A stretch of 64,000 nt of DNA from Myxococcota bacterium (GTDB lineage: Bacteria > Myxococcota_A > SURF-8). The notes beneath the pieces are model-generated. The model ran no database searches, was not told where the DNA came from, and saw only the letters and a list, made by a program, of their open reading frames with translations. Shown one piece after another: positions 57,941-64,000 of this stretch. Each line of letters begins with the position of its first letter. The first letter of the stretch is position 1. The stretch is taken from contig CAXXQS010000002.1 in the NCBI GenBank assembly GCA_963674735.2, positions 768,001 through 832,000 of the forward strand. The letters run 5' to 3'. The translations under genes were made by a program, and so were the position numbers.

Positions 57941-59302
57941 TTATTCGGCGCTCTCGGGTTCGTCGTCCGTATCACTTTCGGGCGCGTTCGCCGGTTGGAT
58001 CGGCTTCGGGTCCACCTCTTTGATCGCCACCTTCTCGGCCAGCATTTCATTCAGACGATCCTGGCGCAAGACGTAGGTGAGGGTGTCCATTTTCTCGGGA
58101 TCCGCGTAATACTTCATGAGCTGGTCGAGGGGAAGCTGCATTTTCTCGGCCATATCGGTCATGTAGGCTTCGCGGTCTTCGTCGCTGACCGTAATGTCGA
58201 AGTCCTTGGCCAGGCGTTCCTGCAGCCACACCGATTTCAGGCTGTGCTCGGCCTCTTCCTGGGCGCGCTCGCGCATGGCGGCTTCATCCATGCCCATGCT
58301 CGCCGGATCGAGCCCGTATTGCGCCATCTGGTTGGCCTGCTCTTTCATCATTTCTTCGGTCTGCTTGGCCAAAACGGAAGGCGGCAGCGGCATCGGGTTG
58401 GCCGCGACGATCTTCTTCCACATATCGCGTTGGAACTGGCGTTTGACGCGTTCCACCTGCGCGTTTTCGAGATCCTTTTTCAGATCGGCCTTGAGTTCGT
58501 CGAGGTTCGCATACTCGCCCAGATCCTTGGCCAGCTCGTCGTCCAGCTCGGGCAACTCGCGTTCGAGGATTTCGTGCACGAAGCATTTGAACGTGATTTC
58601 CGCACCTTTGAGATGCTCAACGCGAAAATCCTCGGGGAAGGCGACGGAGAATTCCAGCGGTTCACCGATTTTCTGACCGATAATGTGCTCTTCAAAGCCC
58701 GGAATGAAGCGATCTTCACCCAGCTGGATTTCCTGTTTTTCGGCCTTGGCGTCGGGAAGCGGCTCACCCTGGATGAACCCTTCGTAATCCATGCGCACCC
58801 AGTCGTCTTTCTCGATCGTATCGCGGCCTTCGACGGTCTTCATGACGGCGGCCGACTGGCGACGACCTTCCAGGGCCTGTTCCATGGCTTCATCGCTGAC
58901 CACGACACGTTCGCGTTCGACCTCGAAACCGTCGAGCACCACGTCTTTGACGACGGGCTTGAGTTCCATGGTGAAGCTGAACACGTAATCGCCCTCGCCT
59001 TTGTAGTCGGGGCGGTTAACCTTCGGCAGCGCCAAAGGAGCCAGATCGTAACGGTTGGTGGCCTGACTGAAGCCCTCCTGGACCAGGTCGGCTTCGACGT
59101 CTTTGAGAGCCTGTTTGAAATACATCTTGCGGACCACCGACATGGGCACCTTGCCCTTGCGAAAGCCCTTGATGCTGGCGGTCTGGGCGACGTTCTTCAA
59201 AACCGCCTCCAGGCGCTCTTCCACTGCGGCTTGGGGAATCACGACCTTGATATCGCGTTCCACTTCGCTGACTTCGGTGACCTCGATTTTGTAATCCGTC
59301 AC
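57941..59302 (-). CDS. tig: Trigger factor
   Basis: IKGFRKGKVP ribosome-binding motif; FKBP domain FIPGFEEHIIG; GTG start 59302 with GAGGA. Confidence 0.96.
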   Translation of the reverse strand: MTDYKIEVTEVSEVERDIKVVIPQAAVEERLEAVLKNVAQTASIKGFRKGKVPMSVVRKMYFKQALKDVEADLVQEGFSQATNRYDLAPLALPKVNRPDYKGEGDYVFSFTMELKPVVKDVVLDGFEVERERVVVSDEAMEQALEGRRQSAAVMKTVEGRDTIEKDDWVRMDYEGFIQGEPLPDAKAEKQEIQLGEDRFIPGFEEHIIGQKIGEPLEFSVAFPEDFRVEHLKGAEITFKCFVHEILERELPELDDELAKDLGEYANLDELKADLKKDLENAQVERVKRQFQRDMWKKIVAANPMPLPPSVLAKQTEEMMKEQANQMAQYGLDPASMGMDEAAMRERAQEEAEHSLKSVWLQERLAKDFDITVSDEDREAYMTDMAEKMQLPLDQLMKYYADPEKMDTLTYVLRQDRLNEMLAEKVAIKEVDPKPIQPANAPESDTDDEPESAE

Positions 59303-59335
59303 GATATTCCTCACTGCCTTAAGGGGGTCAAAAGA

Positions 59336-59420
59336 TGGTGCGAGAAGTGGGACTCGAACCCACACGGGTCGCCCCACTGGATCCTAAGTCCAGCGCGTCT
59401 GCCAATTCCGCCATTCTCGC
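59336..59420 (-). tRNA. tRNA-Leu (TAG)
   Basis: GCGAGAA acceptor, CTGGA-CTTAGGA-TCCAG, long variable arm, GGTTCGAGTCC, CCA. Confidence 0.97.
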
Positions 59421-59472
59421 TTAAAACAGCTTACACAAAACTGCCGCCCAAGCGGGCGGCAGCTTATTGTAA

Positions 59473-59548
59473 TGGTAGGCCTGGAGGGAATCGAACCCTC
59501 AACCTTCGGATTAAGAGTCCGCTGCTCTGCCAATTGAGCTACAAGCCT
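59473..59548 (-). tRNA. tRNA-Lys (CTT)
   Basis: AGGCTTG acceptor, CGGA-CTCTTAA-TCCG, GGTTCGATTCC, CCA. Confidence 0.96.
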
Positions 59549-59593
59549 GGACTACCATTCCTCAGACCGACGCCAGCGCGCCGTTCGGAGGGC

Positions 59594-59624
59594 ATCATAT
59601 ACAGCTAATCGGCCTGATTGTCAA
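59594..59624 (-). promoter_or_regulatory. Promoter for tRNA-Lys/Leu-tig
   Basis: TTGACA-17-TATATG(AT) with TG extension. Confidence 0.6.
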
Positions 59625-59727
59625 GAAAAACCGGTAAGATCGCCAATATTTTGCACCGCTTAGGCAAGACCCACCTCAACTAAAGCTAAGCCGTCGAAAT
59701 AACGCCGAATTTTCGATATTTTTCAGA

Positions 59728-62700
59728 TCAAATACGACCTCGGATAAACAGGCTGACGCGCGTGGGAATGGTCTCGCCGCCCATACTTTGACCAAACAGT
59801 AGCTGACGCGGATACTGCGAGTAGCGCGGAGAGGCGATACCCGAGGCTTCCCGGTAGATGACCGAGCCGTTGTGGACCTTTTGATCGCTGAGCGAAAAGC
59901 CGTTGTTGCCGACATCCTGCCACAGGCTGGGCAGGTGCAATAAGTCCAGCAGGGCCACTCCCACTTCCATGCGTCCATCGAACAGGGTGTAGCTGGCGTT
60001 GAGATTCAGGATGAAGTAAGGATCGATGCTTTCGATGCCGTAGGTGGTGGTAGTTCCATCGGCGGATTTGGAATAAACCGCCACTGGACCCATTCCTTCG
60101 TAGCGCACCCAGTTGCCGGTCCGATCGGGATCGTAACCGAAGGTCAGAAATCGCGCCCTTGACAAGCGCGTGAGGAAATTCTTGCGAGTGGTCTCGCTGA
60201 CGAAGTGCCCGAAAATATTGGCGGAAAAACCCTTGTAATGCGTATTGAAGCCGATGTTGGCTTTGTGGGACGGGTTCTCCTTGTGTACGGTGGTGATGTC
60301 TTCCAGGCTCACGTTTTCGGTCAGGGCGTCCAGATAGGCATCTTTCGAATACTCCCCCGAGTCATCGAAGATACGGTTCGGCGTGCTTACACCGGCCGCC
60401 TCGAAATTGATTGAATCGGGCAGCGCATCGACGAAAGCTTCCTTGCGATCCACGTAATCCGACTTGAGCTGGTTGGCATTCGTCACCCAGATATGCTGGA
60501 AACTGTAGTTGACAAAGCCCCTCAGCCAGCTGGTGATGCGAAAGCGCGCCTCCACCTCGAACCCGACATTGTTGGCATCCACATCGTTGTTGAAGTTGAA
60601 GGGATCGAGGACTTCCGGATCGATGGCACCGGCGCTGAAGGGATTGAGCGCCCAGTACAACTTATCGGTATCGCCCTCGAACAGGATCAGATCGCGCACC
60701 CAGTTGAAGAAAAAATCGGCCGAAACTTCAACCCGGCGAGCGATGCGGCCGTTATAACCGAATTCGGCGGAGACCATCTTCTCCGGCTTGAGATTGGGGT
60801 TGCTTTCGAAGGCAAGCGGCGCGCGGGTATCGAGATCGGGTAGGGTGGCGTTCGGATCGAGCGCCGTGAGGATGCTCGGCGGCGTAAGCTTCGACAGCGG
60901 GGCCGAAACCGTCATGTCGGCCAACTTGACTTTCATGTTGGATTCGAAAAAGGCCGGGTTACGAAAGGAGACACCGCCCGAGACGCGCAGCGTGTGGTCT
61001 TTATGGGGGATGAACACCAGCGCCCCGCGCGGTGAAATCGAATGAATGTTGTCCACCTCGCGCCCGGGATGGTCGGGATTTTCCTCATCCACGTCCATCA
61101 GATCGTAGCGCAGTCCGGCATTGAACAAAAACCAGTCCCAAGGATACAACTCGTTCTGCAAGAAGGCCGAGTAACTGTTGCGCTGACTGCTGGAATCCAC
61201 CAGATCGGGGGAGTCGAGTAACACGAAGCGCAGATTGCCGCCGGCGGTAATGCGGTCCATCTCGGCCAGCTCGATGCTGTAGGTCAAATCCAGATCGAAG
61301 GTGTGGCCGCTCGAACGCACGCGCGGGGGATCCTGCTGGTCGATCTGCAAGGTGATGATCTCCCGGTCGCGCTCCTCGGCCCATTGTTCCGTTCCCAAAC
61401 GCCGCGAGTCGTACCACATCGGATCGGCGGCCACGAAGCCGGGGATCGGCACGTCGAAGCTGAGATCGGCCGCCAGATAGGTATAGAAAAACTGCGCCTT
61501 CAATCCCTTCCATTGACCGTTGAGCTTGGTATAGGCTTGGGTGGTGTTCACGCTGACCGGTCCGATCAGACTGAAAATCGACCCGACCTTGTCTTTTTCG
61601 GCCCCACCGGTCAACGAAAAGGAGAAATCCTTGGCAATGGAGTATTCGGCGAACAGATTGCCTTTGACCGATTCCAAGGCCAGTTCGTCCATGTCGTCAT
61701 AGGACAACAAGCGACGGTAGCTGGCCGACACCTTGTAACCCAGGTTATCCTTGACGTCGCCGAAAACCGCCGAGCCGGTGAAACCGCCGGTCCCGCCGTC
61801 GAAGGAGTAGATCAGGCCCTTGATGTCTTCGGGCTTGCGCGTGTAAATATTGACCACCCCGGAAAAGGCGTTGGCGCCGTACAGCGTGGAACCGGGCCCG
61901 CGAATCACCTCCATGCGATCGATGTCCTCGACCGGTACCGGCAGCGCCTCCCAGAAGGTGATGCCGAAGAGATCGACATACACCGAACGGCCGTCGATCA
62001 ACACCAGCATTTTGTTGGCCCCCTCGCGATTGAAGCCGCGGGTGGTCAGATTCTTGTCGGCGGAACTGATTTCCAGAAAGTCCATCCCCGGCACCGTCCG
62101 CAGAACGTCGGCGATGGAGGAGGAACCGTAATTGCGAATATCTTCGCCCGTAATAACGGTAATGGCGGAGGGCGAGTGCGAAATATCCTGCTCGACTTTG
62201 GACGCCGAAACGACCTTGGCTTCGGTCTCGAACGTGAACAAGGCGAATTCATCGGCCAGGTTCAAACTGTCGCTTTCCGTCTCCGCCTCGGGGGTTTCGT
62301 CGAGGCCCGTCTCGGACTCGCTGGCCAGGGTTCGCGGTTCCGGCAAACGAACACTTTCTTCTGGCCCGCCGGGAGTGAGGCTGTCCGAGCCCTGTTCGGG
62401 GTCCACTTCCATGGCCAGCGGCGGCGCAGGCGGCGGCGTGAAACTCGTCACCACGCGCACCATGGCCGGACTTTCTTCGTCGCGAAAGATCATCCGTTTT
62501 TTTCCGCGCTGATCGAACGCCACGGCATACAACTCGATTCCCGGATTGGAAACGTGGCGGCCCGGAATCGTGGCCGTCCAGCGTTCGCCGCTGCGTTTCT
62601 TGATGAAGACGGTTTTCCAACTGGAGCGAAGGAGGTTGCGATAGTACACCAGGGCATAGTCGATCGATGTGCCACTGGGCCGAAGTGTGAATTCCAGGGT

Positions 62701-62826
62701 CAGGGGTTTATCCACCAGCGTCTCTTCGGGCGGCTGACAATCGCAATAGATTCGCGCGGCCTGTGCACCGAAAGTCCATAGCAGGAGCCATCCGATCAGC
62801 GCCAATGTCCCTACCCGACGCGCCAT
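59728..62826 (-). CDS. TonB-dependent receptor with an N-terminal Ig-like extension
   Basis: Signal peptide; VVSASK...SPSAITVIT plug, LVLIDGR, IDRMEVIRGPGSTLYGANAFSGVVNI, NPNLKPEK; ATG 62826 with GGAGG. Confidence 0.92.
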   Translation of the reverse strand: MARRVGTLALIGWLLLWTFGAQAARIYCDCQPPEETLVDKPLTLEFTLRPSGTSIDYALVYYRNLLRSSWKTVFIKKRSGERWTATIPGRHVSNPGIELYAVAFDQRGKKRMIFRDEESPAMVRVVTSFTPPPAPPLAMEVDPEQGSDSLTPGGPEESVRLPEPRTLASESETGLDETPEAETESDSLNLADEFALFTFETEAKVVSASKVEQDISHSPSAITVITGEDIRNYGSSSIADVLRTVPGMDFLEISSADKNLTTRGFNREGANKMLVLIDGRSVYVDLFGITFWEALPVPVEDIDRMEVIRGPGSTLYGANAFSGVVNIYTRKPEDIKGLIYSFDGGTGGFTGSAVFGDVKDNLGYKVSASYRRLLSYDDMDELALESVKGNLFAEYSIAKDFSFSLTGGAEKDKVGSIFSLIGPVSVNTTQAYTKLNGQWKGLKAQFFYTYLAADLSFDVPIPGFVAADPMWYDSRRLGTEQWAEERDREIITLQIDQQDPPRVRSSGHTFDLDLTYSIELAEMDRITAGGNLRFVLLDSPDLVDSSSQRNSYSAFLQNELYPWDWFLFNAGLRYDLMDVDEENPDHPGREVDNIHSISPRGALVFIPHKDHTLRVSGGVSFRNPAFFESNMKVKLADMTVSAPLSKLTPPSILTALDPNATLPDLDTRAPLAFESNPNLKPEKMVSAEFGYNGRIARRVEVSADFFFNWVRDLILFEGDTDKLYWALNPFSAGAIDPEVLDPFNFNNDVDANNVGFEVEARFRITSWLRGFVNYSFQHIWVTNANQLKSDYVDRKEAFVDALPDSINFEAAGVSTPNRIFDDSGEYSKDAYLDALTENVSLEDITTVHKENPSHKANIGFNTHYKGFSANIFGHFVSETTRKNFLTRLSRARFLTFGYDPDRTGNWVRYEGMGPVAVYSKSADGTTTTYGIESIDPYFILNLNASYTLFDGRMEVGVALLDLLHLPSLWQDVGNNGFSLSDQKVHNGSVIYREASGIASPRYSQYPRQLLFGQSMGGETIPTRVSLFIRGRI

Positions 62827-63045
62827 GCGACCACCTCCCCAAAGCCAATCGTTTTCGACGGGATCGGCAACGATGATGAGTGATGACAAATTTCCATATC
62901 CATCAATTTCTGCACCAGTATAACATTTAGAGCACGAAAAGGCAAAGTCGCGAAAGTGTGAAAATGGGTGCCGGACACCACTTTTTGCCTTGCGTCGCCC
63001 CCGCACCTTCCTTATGCTGAAGCGATAAAAATGCGAGGTGGTGCG

Positions 63046-64000
63046 ATGTCCGAACATGGATATCTATTGGCCGACAACCCGCGCAACCGGGCTTTCGAAC
63101 GCGCGATTCAGGCTCAGATCGAGCCCGGCCAGGTGGTGTGCGATTTGGGCTGTGGAACGGGAATTCTGGGGTTTATGGCCCTGCGCGCCGGAGCCGGACG
63201 CGTGATCGGCATCGAACAGGATCGCGTGATCGACGAAGCCCGCCAGTTGGCCGCCGCAAACATGTGGAGCGAGCGCACGGTCTATTTGCAGGGCCGCTCG
63301 GATGAGCTCAGCCCCCCCGAACCCGCCGACTGGATCGTGGTGGAATGGCTCAGCAGTCTGGGAGCCGACGAATGGCCCCCCTGGATTCTGGCGGATGCGC
63401 TTCAGCGCTACCTCAAGCCGGGCGGGCGCATCATTCCGGCCGCCGTCCAACACTACCTGGTTCCGGTATGCGCCCCCGAAACATGGACGGCCGCCCTGGG
63501 ACACGCGAGCGGCACGCGCTATGGAGTCGACTGGCGACCCTTGCTCGACTCCGCCTCCAAGCGCTTGTACGCATTCGACATCCCCGCCGAGAGCGCCCTC
63601 GACACGCCGCGCTGTTGGCTGGATGTGTCGCTGAGCGACGCGGAACGGCTGCGCAGCCTCAATCCCTTCGAAGGCGGCCCGCTCGCGTTCACCGTTCAAC
63701 GCGACGGGGATTGCCATGGGCTGGCGGGTTGGTTCGCCGCCGACTTAGGGTCGGGCATCACGTTGACCAATGCGCCCGAAGCCGCCCCGACGCATTGGCG
63801 ACAGACGTTTCTGCCCCTGGCCGAAACCGCTGAACGTCAAAAAGGGCGACACCCTGACGGCCCGCGTGGCCAAACGCTGGGTGGGAAACAACAGCCATCA
63901 TAGCTGGCAGGTCGAGCAGCGGCGGAACGAGACAGTCATCGCCTGCGGCGGCTCCGGCGAGACATGGGCCGACGCCCTGACTCCCGCCGAAATGGCCCGT
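63046..64000 (+). CDS. PRMT-like (protein arginine methyltransferase fold) SAM methyltransferase; apparent +1 frameshift at 63824-63826 (frame 0 stops at 63903, shifted frame runs off the window)
   Basis: VCDLGCGTGIL, VIGIE, EWLSSLGADE, YLKPGGRIIP, HGLAGWF, PTHWRQT; RBS GAGGTG. Confidence 0.85.

Noticed and set aside
62937-62992. GGCAAAGTCGCGAAAGTG as a c-di-GMP-I riboswitch upstream of the PRMT-like gene
   Set aside because: Lacks GACGCAAA and the second hairpin; only an AAGGCAAA/TTTGCCTT inverted repeat remains
1-64000. CRISPR arrays, IS/transposases, prophage, rRNA, histone genes
   Set aside because: No regularly spaced repeats or diagnostic motifs seen by eye; the small unknown ORFs show no histone-fold pattern

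Overview
A 64 kb, GC-rich, gene-dense bacterial chromosomal segment with about 50 CDS and 4 tRNAs. It most likely comes from a Myxococcota-related (deltaproteobacterial) lineage, judged from a TIGR04551-like outer-membrane protein, a MYXO-CTERM-like C-terminal tail, a GspE-N/MshEN protein and Cys-rich lipoproteins. Housekeeping genes are yicC-gmk-rel-ridA-mnmE, glnA, purF, pepT, gpmI, tatA, tex-rdgC, hsp20, tig and tRNA-Gly/Cys/Leu/Lys. They are interspersed with signalling loci: a Pil-Chp-like chemosensory operon; an HDAC/AcuC + Cache histidine kinase + receiver operon; a protein kinase + di-heme-motif histidine kinase + receiver/GcvH-like fusion + radical SAM cluster; and c-di-GMP-related HD-GYP, PilZ, MshEN and HDOD proteins. 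Six unrelated exported proteins share an acidic 'DGD' tether, including a minus-strand FGE-sulfatase/WD40 lipoprotein at 1-1814 that the ORF track missed. I saw no CRISPR array, integrase, transposase, reverse transcriptase or rRNA. The best candidates for undescribed biology are the kinase/heme-HK/REC-GcvH module, a PRMT-like methyltransferase (apparently frameshifted near its 3' end), the DGD-tagged exported protein family, and several apparent pseudo-enzymes. All calls come from manual motif reading; no database searches were run.
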